NCBI GenBank assembly: GCA_037447605.1
Contig: CM074808.1
Coordinates: 3,844,001 to 3,908,000, forward strand
DNA length: 64,000 bases
Reading direction: 5' to 3'
Source of the DNA: Zygnema circumcarinatum SAG 698-1b
Lineage: Eukaryota > Plantae > Zygnematophyceae
In this document: in pieces, positions 1 through 12,400 of the stretch
How the letters are laid out: each line of letters begins with the position of its first letter
Numbering within the stretch: position 1 is the stretch's first letter
The notes under the pieces: model-generated
Database searches by the model: none
What the model was told of the DNA's origin: nothing
The model's input: the letters and a program-made list of their open reading frames with translations, nothing else
Translations under genes and position numbers: made by a program

Positions 1-447
1 GTGCCCGTTGAACCAATTTCCTCATTTTGAGCATAAAGCTGGCTGTCCGGATAGCTTGTACGGAACCAATCATTCTACGGTACCGTACGGTTCGAATGTG
101 GCCGATCCCCAGAAGCGACAAGGTCGAAAGAGCCGTTGGCGCCGCCTTCCACGCTCACTCCCTCTCCCTCTCTCCCTCCACTCGCTCCCTCCCTCCCCCC
201 ACTCTCTCCCTCCCTCCCTCCCTCCCTCTCCCGCTTTCCCTCCTCCCCACTCTTTCCCTCCCTCCCTTTCTTTCTCTCCCTCTCTCCCTCCCTCTCCCCA
301 CACTCTCCCTCCCCACCTCTCTTTCTCTCCCTCGCTCCCTCCCTCTCCCCCTTTCCCTATCCACCCCTTCAGCGAATTTTCCTCTCCCTCTCCCTCCCAC
401 TCTCTCGCCCTCCAAAGCCGCCAGGTATAGCTCCCTCCCTCACAAAC

Positions 448-3400
448 ATGAGGCCCCGCGCAGACCTTAAGCCGGCCATGGCTGCCACGTGGCGCTACCA
501 TGGCTCGGATTCCATGCGCTTCCTCCTCCTTGTGCTCCTCCTCTTCGTAGCGGAGCAGCCATGGCGGGCCCATGGCTGCCCTCCTCCTCCTCGCTGGACC
601 CTCCTCGCCGCCTTCACCGCAAAGGCGCGCACCGTTTTAAGGAGGGCGGGGGAGCCAAAGGAGAGGGTGTCGCTGCGATCTGGAAAATATTTACACAAGG
701 TGCGCCTTGGTCTATTTTTTTTTATGTATAATTTTAAGATGATGATTCCATTTTTTTAGTTTTTGGTTTTTACGATTTCGAGAGTGAACGATACCTTTAA
801 TGTTAATGAAATGTTGAACAACTTGGGTTCGAATTTGGTTTAAAAATGATGACTTGCTGGAGAGGAAGAGGAAGAATGGCAACTGAGCGAGACCCAATGA
901 TTGAAACGTTTCAATTTTTAATTTTAGATTTAAATTTTGCAGAGGTGGTCTCCCCCTCCCCTTCACGCCTCAAAAAGAAAAAGGAACGGGAATCAGCAAA
1001 AAAAGAGATTTGATGGCTCAAAATAGATCAACACATTCACATCAAGAGAATGTTCAACAACTTAGAGCTATGAAGCATCCTTGGAATCATCGGCAATGGT
1101 TGGCCATACCAATGGTTGGAATCATTGACAATGGTTGGCCATAAGGTGGAGAGAGTGGGAGAGAGAGGAGAGAGCGAGAAAGTACAGACATTAAACAGGA
1201 AGAATATATAACATTTGAGCTTCTTATTCTCTCCCCCTCCCTTTGATTTCGCCCTAAATTCTTCTCGTTGTAGGTTGAGCATTGCAAGAAGGGCGGGCCT
1301 TTGAATTGTTGTAGCGATCGATCCGATGGACTTTATCGAGACCCCTTCACATGGCCTCCCTGCAGGTACAGTATTCCCCCTCGCTAAATTCATCAAGGCA
1401 ACGGTTGGACTGTGTGGAGAGAGAGGGGGAGAGAAGGAAGAGGGAAAGAGAAAGGGAGAGAGAGGGAGAGGGAGAGGGGGAGGGAAAGGGAGAGGGAGAG
1501 GGAGAGAGAGAGAGAGGGGGAGGGAGAGAGAGGGAGAGGGGGAGGAAGAGGGAAAGCGAGAGGGGGAGGAAGAGGGAAAGAGAGAGGGAGAGAGAGTGGG
1601 AGAGGGAGAGGGAGAGAGGGAGAGAGAGGGAGAGCGAGAGGAAGAGGGAGAGAGAGGGAGAGGGAGAGAGAGAGGGAGGGAGAGAGAGTGGGAGAGGGAG
1701 AGGGTGAGAGAAATGGAGAGGGAGAGAGAGGGAGAGGTAGAAGGAGAGGGAGAGGGAGGGGGAGAGAGAGAGGGGGGGAAGGACGAGGGAGAGAGACGGA
1801 GCGGGAGAGGGAGAGAGATGGAGAGGTCGAGGGAGAGGGAGACCTACCTCTTTTAGAAAAACACAAGAGAGATGCACTACAAGAAGACACAGCTAAGTGC
1901 CTAAGACTTAGCGTATCAGATAATGCTCAAGAGGATGTTGAAGGGGACTTGAACTTGCGTTCATGTGTTTGAAGTGAAGTTATTTGTTTTTTGCAGCGCA
2001 TTCTGTAAGTGTTCGGGAGGATGCTTAGTAAATTTCACTGTCTGTAGTGAAGGCCTCCTCTTTAGCACTCTCCGGGGGGGCTGTGACTCGCCCCACCTCT
2101 CCTCCTGCTCCCATCGGGAAGAGGACGCACTGAATAATAGGCATAGCAATAATGCCGAAGAGGAGGGCGGGGGAGAGAGAGTGGGAGGGGTGAGAGAGGA
2201 GGAGGAGGAAGCGGAGGAGGAAGAGGAGGAAGAGGATGAGGAGGAGGAGGAGGAGGAGGAGGAGGAGGAGGAGGAGGAGGGGGACACTTATTTAAGCTTC
2301 AGAGAAGTGGGGTCCGAACATGATGTCAGCATTCTCAAGAAAAAAAAACGTCCCCATAGCATATGGAAACCGTTGGTAAGTGGTAGAACGCATTCCCTGA
2401 ATGCAAGGCGGCATTCTCCTGATGGAGGGAGACACGGAAGGGCAAGACAACTCTCTGAAGACGAAGAAGTAGACTTCGTACGGGGAGGTAAACGTCCCCC
2501 AGGTGAAGGAAATCGTCCCCCAGGTGTAGGGAAACATCCCCCAGGAGAAGGAAAACGTCCCCCAGGTGTAGGAAAACGTCCCCCAGGTGTAGGAAAGCGT
2601 CCCCCAGGTGTAGGAAAGCGTCCCCCGGGTGAAGGAAAACGTCCCTCCGGTGAAGGAAAACGTCCCCCCGGTGAAGGAAAACGTCCCCCAGGTGAAGGAA
2701 AGCGTCCTCCTGGTGAAGGAAAACATCCCCCAGGGAATGGTAACGTACCTCCTTGCGAGGGTAGGAGGCCACCTGAACAAGATGGACGACCTCCCGGTGT
2801 CGGAGAAAACATCTCACCCTGTCTCCAAGAGTCCCCTGAACCCCCTAAACCCTCTGCTCCTCCCCCCCCCCCTCCCCCTTCACTCTCTCCTTCCCTTCAT
2901 TCTCCCCCTCGCTCTCCCCCTCTCCCCCTTTCTCCCACTTCCCCACCACCATTTTGTAGTTTATCATCTTCGGGGGGGCCGTGTCCCTCTCCCTCCCTCC
3001 CTCCGTCATTCTTGAGCCCCCCTCGACCTCCTCCATCTCCGCCGGCATTCTTTCTCTATAATTCATGGAACCCGGCCACCTTGCCAAAGCCGCCACAAGT
3101 GGTTAGTTTCAACTCTTAGCTCGTCTGTTTAAGCGTTGAAGCAGGGATGTGGGAGTGGGAGTTAAATGTGGCTGTGTTGTAAGCAAATTTGTCTTTTTTT
3201 GTGTAATTTAATGGTTGCCGCGGTTTACTTCCAATTCTTTAGGGTATCCATAGGACCTTATATCTGGGCTCTGATGGGAGGTGGGCTTCAGATTAGCGAT
3301 GGCTGCTGCCAAGGGAGGAAGAACGGTATTTTTCAGAACTTTCTGGCCAAGCCGCCTTGCAGGTGATTATTACATAACAAAACGACACCGATTCGAACGT

Positions 3401-6400
3401 TCAATAATTTTAATCTAAGTTTAATCTTGGAACTTAATGTAACAAAAAACTAAAAGACTTACTGAATTTAAGTTCTAATCTCGTCAAGTTTCGGGTTCAT
3501 GTAATGCAGGCAATTTTGTGAATGTGATGAGAACGGAAAGCTTGTGAGTGGCGGTCTGTGTCCGGAGGGGCTCCTTTGGAGTCCGGAGTTGCAGACCTGC
3601 GACAACGCGGACTTTGTTACCTGCTTGAATACAAATTCGAGCCTTCTTCCCCCCAACACCCCATATTATTCCCCTCCGGCGAATCCCCCCCCTCCTCCTC
3701 TGGTAATGGGTTTGAAGCCCAAAAATCTAAAATCATCTCTACCTTTGAACTAGATTCAACTACCACAATGATGATATAAAAATTGACCAAAAATGGTTTA
3801 CTTTTATTTGTATATATATATATATATATATCTTTTTTGTAATTTATTGATAAAGTACGTTTGTACGCTGTCACATGCAGCCCAACAAAGGAGTTTTGAA
3901 TTCAGGCTACGTCGACCGCTACGCTCTCATAGAAGCGTGCACTCCTTCGTGCACTCCGTTAGAGATGGTGAAGTTCAACAGCAGATTCCGGTATCAAACC
4001 GTTCCCAGGAGTGAAATCCGTTCAACTGTAAGCTGGCGAAACTATAGCAACGAGGTTCGATACCAAGGAACTTGCGGTAAGTAAAAATAACAAGCCTTCG
4101 GAAAAGTTTGAGTTTGTTTCGTTTCTTTCTTTTTGGCGCCTACTATTATTTAAAAAAAAAAAAATTGTTCAAAAAGGTTGTTTTTCGCCTCATTGCAGAT
4201 GGATGCTGGGCTTTCAGCGTAGTTGAAGCAGTTGAAATATCGATCAACATAAACGACCACGTGTTGGGGGCCCCTCTTTCCGTACAGCAACTTTTAGACT
4301 GTCTGCCTCAGCATGGAGACAGTTGTGAAGGAGGGGACCCAGTAGACGCTTTGGAGTATGTTGCGAATTTGGGAGGTCTAAATTATGATTTCAATTACCC
4401 TCAGCTTTCAGGAGAAGTTCGAAATGGCACTTGTCAGACGATTCCGGTGAGACCTAAAATTTATAAATTCTAAAAAAAAAACTCAAAAATTAAGAATCCA
4501 GAAAAAGTCGAGCTTTTTCCTCTAATGTATAACGGCTTTGTCTACATTGACAGAGTAAGGTATTCTTTCTGGCTGTTCTATGCGCAGCTGTTATGCAACT
4601 GAACTGAAGGGATATGTTCTATGTGTCTGCAGTTACAGAACGAGAGGAGTCTAGTAGTTGGATGGGAGCAAATTCCGAACAACAATGCAACCGCGCTAAT
4701 GCAAGTGGTCAACAGTCAGCCTGCAATCATTGCAATATGCACATGTGATTCGTTCCTCGAGTACAGACAAGTACGACAAAAACGAGGGAGGAGGGAGAGG
4801 GAGAGAGTTGGGGGAGCGAGTGGCGGAAGGAAGGGAGAGATAAACTTCCTTTCTTTAATTTCCTGTTCGGAAGTTCAGGTCGGCAGTGATTCCCATACTG
4901 CTTTCTCCCAATATTGATAAATTTCCGCATTTTGTAAATTGAACTTCATTGATTTGTTTGACAGGGCATTTTCACAGATCCGGATGGACAATGCAATGGT
5001 CTTCCGGACCACAACCTGGTGGTGATCGGCTACGGAACAGAGAACGGAGTTCCATATTGGCTCGCAAAAAATTCGTGGGGCATAGATTGGGGTGAAGATG
5101 GGTACATGCGCATTTATCGAAATATGACCGGCTCCGGAATCGCCAATATGTACTTAATCGCTCCTGTATATCCAGTCATCAATGCATACCCTACAGGGAA
5201 ACAGAGCGCCCAAAGGAGAGACCTTCTCGGTAAATTCAACGCAAACTTTCCTTGTAAATGCCGATCACAAGTTGCATGGGGTTAGGTTACTAACATAGGT
5301 TTTCACAGCAACATTTTTCACTTCAAGTCTTAGAAACTGAATCTCATTCTCCTTGTTGCGTTCTGAGCTTTGAACTTGGCAAAGTCGAATTGGGTTTTGT
5401 TACCTTATTTGTAAGAGGTGAAGTTATGTGAATTGAAGGATTCCTTTTCCCTTCCCCAGTTCCTTCAGGAAATCCAACGCAATCGCCAACTCCATTTCCA
5501 GCCCGTCTTCCAACACCACTCTCTCCCATCCTCCTCCATACCATCCCTTCCCTACCTCCATTCGCCCATGGCTCCTCTCCCTCCCCTTTCGCGCCTGGCC
5601 CATCTCCCTATCCTTCACCTTTCGCCCCCTCTCCCTCTATTTCCGACTTTGGCCTCTCTCCCTCTCTATTCGCCACCGGATCTTCTCCCACTGCCCCCTC
5701 TACCTCGCCCACTCCCGTCCCTGCTCCCTTTCCTTCGCTCCCCATCCCCTGTCCCTCCCCTTCCTCTCCCTCCCCTTCCTCTCCCTCCCCTTCCTCTCCC
5801 TCCCCTTCCTCTCCCCCACCCTCTCTCTCCTGTCCCTCCCCTTCCTCTCCCTCCCCTTCCTCTCCCTCCCCTTCCTCTCCCTCCCCTTCCTCTCCCCCAC
5901 CCTCTCTCTCCCCTTTCGCCCCTGGCCCCTGTCCCTATCCTCTCCGACCAGGACCTCCTCACTCTGCCCCCTCTATCATTCCGACTCCCGGCCCTGCTCC
6001 CTCTCCTTCGTTCTCCATCGCCTCTCGCTCCCCTTCCTCGCCCACCCCCTCCCCCTCTCCTCTCGCCCCTGGACCTTCTCCCTCTGCCCCCTCCATCTCT
6101 CCCACTCCCGGCCCTCCTCCCTATCCTTCCCTCCCAATCCCCTCGCTCTCTCCTTCCTCTCCCGCCCCCTCTCCCTCTCCTTTTGCCCCAGGCCCCTCTC
6201 CCACTACTCTCGCCACAAAACCGTCTCCCTCGGCCTCCTCTACCTCTCCCACTTCCGGCCCTGTCGCCTTTCCTTCGTTCCCCATCCCCTCTCCCTCTCC
6301 TTCCGCCCCTGCCTCATCTCCCACACTTTTCGCCCCTGGACCTTCTCCCTCTGCCAACTCAACCTCTCCTACTCCCGTCCCTGCACCCTTTCCTTTGTTC

Positions 6401-9400
6401 CCTATACCCCCTCCCTCTCCTTTCGCCCCTGGCCCCACTCCCACTGCTCTCGCTCCTGAACCCTCTCCGTCTGCCCCGTCTATCTCTCCCTCTCCCGGCC
6501 CTACTCCCTTTCCTTCGTTCCCCATCCCATCGCCCTCTCCTTCCTCTCCCGCCCCCTCTCCCACTCCTCTCGCCCCTGGACCTCCTCCCTCTGCCCCCTC
6601 TACCTCTCCCACTCCCGGCCCTACTCCCTTTCCTTCATTCCCCATCCCCTCTTCCTCGCCTTCCTCTCCCACTCCCTCTCCCACTCCTCTCGCCCCTGGA
6701 CCTTCTCCCTCTGCCCCCTCTACCTCTCCCACTCCCGGCCCTACTCCCTTTCCTTCATTCCCCATCCCCTCTCCCTCTCCTTCCTCTCCCGCCCCCTCTC
6801 CCACTCCTCTCGCCCCTGGACCTCCTCTCGCCCCTGGACCTTCTCCCTCTGCCCCCTCTACCTCTCCCACTCCCGGCCCTACTCCCTTTCCTTCATTCCC
6901 CATCCCCTCTCCCTCTCCTTCCTCTCTCGCCCCCTCTCCCTCTCCTTCCTCTCCCGCTCCCTCTCCCACTCCTCTCGCCCCTGGACCTTCTCCCTCTGCC
7001 CCCTCTACCTCTCCCACTCCCGGCCCTACTCCCTTTCCTTCATTCCCCATCCCCTCTCCCTCTCCTTCCTCTCCCGCCCCGCCCTCTCTCCCACTCCTTT
7101 CGCTCCTGGACCTTCTCCCTTTGCTCCCTCTACCTCTCCCTCTCCCGGCCCTACTCCCTTTCCTTCATTCCCCATCCCCTTCCTCTCCTTCCCGCCCCCT
7201 CTCCCTCTCCTCTCGCCCCTGGACCTTCTCCCTCTGCCCCCTCTCCCTCTCCCACTCCCGGCCCTACTCCCTTTCCTTCCTTCCCAATCCCCTCTCCCTC
7301 TCCTTCCTCTCCCGCCCCCTCTCCCACTCCTCTCGCCCCTGGACCTTCTCCCTTTGCTCCCTCTACCTCTCCCTCTCCCGGCCCTACCCCCTTTCCTTCC
7401 TTCCCCATGCCCTCTCCCTCTCCTTCATCTCCCACCCCCTCTCCCTCTCCTTTCGCCCCTGGCTCGTCTCCCTCTCCTCTCGCCCCTGGACCTTCTCCCT
7501 CTGCCCCCTCTCCCTCTCCCACTCCCGGCCCTACTCCCTTTCCTTCCTTCCCAATCCCCTCTCCCTCTCCTTCCTCTCCCGCCCCCTCTCCCACTCCTCT
7601 CGCCCCTGGACCTTCTCCCTCTGCCCCCTCTCCCTCTCCCACTCCCGGCCCTACTCCCTTTCCTTCCTTCCCCATCCCCTCTCCCTCTCCTTCCTCTCCC
7701 GCCCCCTCTCCCACTCCTTTCGCTCCTGGACCTTCTCCCTTTGCTCCCTCTCCCTCTCCCTCTCCCGGCCCTACTCCCTTTCCTTCCTTCCCCATCCCCT
7801 CTCCTTCTCCTTCCTCTCCCGCCCCCTCTCCCACTCCTCTCGCCCCTGGACCTTCTCCCTCTGCCCCCTCTCCCTCTCCCACTCCCGGCCCTACTCCCTT
7901 TCCTTCCTTCCCAATCCCCTCTCCCTTTCCTTCCTTCCCAATCCCCTCTCCCTCTCCTTCCTCTTCCGCCCCCTCTCCCTCTCCCTCTCCCTTCCTCTCC
8001 CCCCTCTCCCTCTCCTTCCTCTCCCGCCCCCTCTCCCACTCCTCTCGCTCCTGGACCTTCTCCCTCTGCCCCCTCTCCCTCTCCCACTCCCGGCCCTACT
8101 CCCTTTCCTTCCTTCCCCATCCCCTCTCCTTCTCCTTCCTCTCCCGCCCCCTCTCCCACTCCTCTCGCTCCTGGACCTTCTCCCTCTGCCCCCTCTCCCT
8201 CTCCCACTCCCGGCCCTACTCCCTTTCCTTCCTTCCCAATCCCCTCTCCCTCTCCTTCCTCTCCCGCCCCCTCTCCCACTCCTCTCGCCCCTGGACCTTC
8301 TCCCTCTGCCCCCTCTCCCTCTCCCACTCCCGGCCCTACTCCCTTTCCTTCCTTCCCAATCCCCTCTCCCTCTCCTTCCTCTCCCGCCCCCTCTCCCACT
8401 CCTTTCGCTCCTGGACCTTCTCCCTTTGCTCCCTCTACCTCTCCCTCTCCCGGCCCTACTCCCTTTCCTTCCTTCCCCATCCCCTCTCCCTCTCCTTCCT
8501 TTCCCGCCCCCTCGCCCACTCCTCTCGCCCCTGGACCTTCTCCCTCTGCCCCCTCTCCCTCTCCCACTCCCGGCCCTACTCCCTTTCCTTCCTTCCCCAT
8601 CCCCTCTCCCTCTCCTTCCTCTCCCGCCCCCTCTCCCACTCCTTTCGCTCCTGGACCTTCTCCCTTTGCTCCCTCTACCTCTCCCTCTCCCGGCCCTACT
8701 CCCTTTCCTTCATTCCCCATCCCCTCTCCCTCTCCTTCCTCTCCCGCCCCCTCTCCCACTCCTCTCGCCCCTGGACCTTCTCCCTCTGCCCCCTCTCCCC
8801 CTCCCACTCCCGGCCCTACTCCCTTTCCTTCCCCCCCCCGCCCCTCTCCCTCTCCTTCCTCTCCCGCCCCCTCGCCCACTCCTCTCGCCCCTGGACCTTC
8901 TCCCTCTGCCCCCTCTCCCTCTCCCACTCCCGGCCCTACTCCCTTTCCTTCCTTCCCAATCCCCTCTCCCTCTCCTTCCTCTCCCGCCCCCTCTCCCACT
9001 CCTCTCGCCCCTGGACCTTCTCCCTCTGCCCCCACTACCTCTCCCACTCCCGGCCCTGCGCCCTTTCCTTCCTTCCCAATCCCCTCTCCCTCTCCTTCCT
9101 CTTCCGCCCCCTCTCCCTCTCCTTTCGCTCCAAGCCCTTCGCCCACTCTCCCCTCTTTCCCTCTCACTCCCGGCCTTGCTCCATTTCCCTCCTCGCCCAT
9201 TCTTTCTCCCCCTCTTTCCCCAGGGCTTCCAGTTCCCAATCGCCCCCCCTCCCTCCATCCCTCGCCTCCATTTTTCTTTCCTCCTGTATCCTCTCCTCCT
9301 CCACTCCTTCTTATTCCCCCACCTCCAAAGAGTCCTCCCACTCCTCCGGGTAAGCCACTTCCTTCGTTCTTTCTTCCTTCTTTCTTGCTTTAACCATTTA

Positions 9401-12400
9401 CCATCCATTTTTCTTTTGTCCTTTTAATTTGTTTGCCATATGTATTTTTTTTCAAATTTGTTAAAGACGTTCTATGTTGAATCTTGCAGCCACTGCTTGT
9501 GACGGCGGAATTCGCTTCAATGCATGTGGGGGTGGTGCCTGTATCCCCTACCCGAGTGATATTACCAAATACACGTGTCAGTGTCCTACTGGCTACACAA
9601 GTGTTCAAAATCAGGACGGAAATGAAGTGTGCACTCAAAGTAAGCTCATCCCTCCCTCTGTCATTCCTTTCCTTATTTTCAAAAGTACAAAACAAAATGA
9701 CCATCACATAACATCATAATTACATTAAAACCTATCAGAATGATTGCTTTTAGAAAACCCAGAAAACCCAGAAACTCAGAAAATCTAATTTTTTGAAATG
9801 TTGTATGTTTTTTTTACAGTTGATGTTTGCTCGGGATTGACATACAACCCTTGTGGAGTTGGCCTGTAAGGCCCTTTATCCCCTTCTTCTGAAAATTCTG
9901 AAAGAAGACGTGTAATTAGGGTGTTTGCTGTTCCGTTGGGTTTGGGGTTCAGGATTTTTGACGGTAGTTAGGGTTTCCAGGTCTTCAGAGAAGTCGATTG
10001 TCTCATGGTGTACGAGTATTCACTGTGAATTGACCGTGTTTGTTGAAAAGGAAATCTTTCTCTCTCTTTCTCTTCCTGCTGTCTCACTCTTTCCCTCTCG
10101 TCTTCCCTTCCCCCCCCACTTCCCGTCTCCCCTCTCCCCCACTCCCCTCCCCCCCTCTCCCCTATCCTCTCCCCCCCTCTCCCCTCTCCTCTCTCTCTCT
10201 CTACCTCTCTCTCTCCCCTCTCTCTCTTTCTCCCTCTCTCTCTCTTCCCTCTCTCTCTCTCCTTCTCCCCCTCTCATTTCTCTCCTTCTGTCCTCTCTCA
10301 CTTTCTCTCCCTCTCTCTCTCTCCCCCCCTCTCTCTCTGCAGATGCGCGAATGACGGAAAAGGGAACTATGAATGCGACTGCAGCGCCTTCAGTGGCTTC
10401 TCTGAAGGAACTCGAACGGACGGCTCGAAGACTTGCGTTCCAAGTAATCGCAACCGTCTAATCATAGCATATAATCTTTTTGCATCATTGCATTTTCCTT
10501 TTATCCACTCAAAAATATAAAGAAAGAAGAGAAGAAACCGCTGAAGATTTTGAAAAAAAAAAGTGACAAATACAGAGTTTATTTATTTATTTATTTTTCC
10601 TTTTGTCTCATGTTTATGTTTGGGCTGCAGCTGCGGCAACCTCCCTCTCCGCAGAAAACAACACTTACACCGTGCCGGACGGAAGCCTTACCTGCTCAGA
10701 AATCGCTAAAATCAACTTCTTGGATTTTGATGATCTCCTCTCCTTGAATCCAGTAAGGTGGACCTAGTCTGCAAAAAGGATCCACCTCGGATCAACCCCT
10801 TCCACTACTTACAGAAATTTTCATCCTTCATTGTCTTCTGGATTGCTCATTTTTGGTGCACAACAAGAGGGTGGTTAGGGTTATACTTCACGTGATTAAG
10901 CTCTGATTTCTCGATTTCTTTACTTATGAGTTGCTTTTCTTTTCTTTTTCTTTCTCAGTATCTCAGTCTATACTGCGGACTAGACAGACCAGAGGCAGAA
11001 GTTCCGGAAGGTACGGAGCTGGCAGTGGGTCCGGTTGTAAGGGACATTGCCTGCGGAGTAATATATAGCACAATTAAGGTACGAAATAACATTGACATAC
11101 AGTAGTAGATTTTTCTCTCTCTCTCTCTCTCTCACTCGCTTTCCCTCTCTCTTTGTAAGAAAAGTAAGTGCCATCTGTAAACTCGATGCAATTGCAATAA
11201 TGCAATGTTTCAGCAGAAATGCTTCAAGTTAATAGGGTATGTCCGACTTATAAATCATAAGTAGTGCTGAAGAGAAAACTTCCGTAGATCTGATACGAAA
11301 ACGAATACTCCGGTGACATAGCGATCCGAAAGGAGTCCTCCGTATAAAAATCTCCAGTACTACTGAAGGAAAAACTTCCGCTTGGTTTTTGTTCAAGTCT
11401 GACATGCCCTAATATATTGTTAACGTTTTAATTGTGATTGCAGGGAGATACATGTAACAGTATAGTGAATCTGTTCAGCAGTCCTCCCAAAGCTCTCTCT
11501 TTGGATAAATTGGTCGCCGTCAATCCTCCCTCTACCCTAAACTGCCAAAATCCCGACGCCGATTTAGGGCCTAATTTGCCGGTGCGGTTGAACATTCCAT
11601 ATTTCAGCCCCTTGAAATTAAACGTTTGTGATTTAAAGTTCAGGGTTTGATGGATGAGAGGTGTCCGTTGAATGTTTGTCGTTCATGATTGAGCCATGGA
11701 ATGAATCTTGAAATTTTAGGGCTATGAGGGTGTTCAGGCTTCTCTCCCTTCCTCTTCTCTTACTCCCTCCACCATCCTTCTCCCCACCTTCTCCCCCTCT
11801 CCCTCCCTCCCCCTTCTCTCCCCTCTCTCCCTTTCCCTCCCCTCTCATTCACCCCTTCTCTCTCCTCCCCTCCCCTCCTCTCTCATTCCCCCCTTCTCTC
11901 TCCTCCCCTCCCCTCCCCCCCTCCATTCCCCTCTCTCTCCCTCCCTCTTCTCTCCCCCCTCCACTTCTCTTTCCCCCCCTCCCCTTTTCCTCCCCCCTCC
12001 CTCTCCCCCCCTCTCCCTCCCTCACTCTCTCTCTCTCTCTCTCTCCCTCTCCCTCTCTCACTCTGTCTCTCTCTGTCTCTCCCTGTGGCGGTCCCCGTGC
12101 AGGTGTGCGTGGAGCCGAGCCCGTACTACAAGAGCCAGCTGTGCGGGCAGTACTACGAGGTGCTCCCAGCGGACCGCGGCCGCGGCTGCGCCTTTCTGTA
12201 CGCGGGCCGCACCACGGCGCTCGAGTTCTTCGCGCTCAACCCCGGGATCAACTGCGACGCGCTCGTGCAGGGGGACCTGGTCGGCCGCCGCTCAACCCTA
12301 AACCCCAAACTCCTGCAACCTATCTTGATCTTAACTATTGAAAAATCTACAAATCTTGAAACCCTGCAGCACGAAAAGGAGGAGACTTGCTCTGTTCTGC

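Noticed and set aside
8-573. Overlapping 86-207-aa ORFs rich in S/L/P or E/R/G (the same pattern recurs throughout the track)
   Set aside because: They are translations of CT/GA microsatellites that lack stop codons, and they lie in UTRs or introns.
943-1144. Possible extra exon in gene A intron 1
   Set aside because: Every frame compatible with the flanking phase-0 junctions contains a stop; direct splicing of 699 to 1274 is in frame.
2288-2817. Minus-strand ORFs with periodic repeats (PGGRFPS, FSYTWGT, HLGDVFL)
   Set aside because: Alternative-frame readings of the 21-bp heptad repeat.
6121-9341. Minus-strand Gly/Glu-rich ORFs resembling collagen ([10 protein letters not shown] repeats)
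   Set aside because: Antisense shadow of the Pro/Ser array; there are no splice or context signals on that strand.
5469-9349. CRISPR-like or other prokaryotic repeat array
   Set aside because: There are no unique spacers, the units are contiguous and codon-periodic, and the context is a eukaryotic exon.
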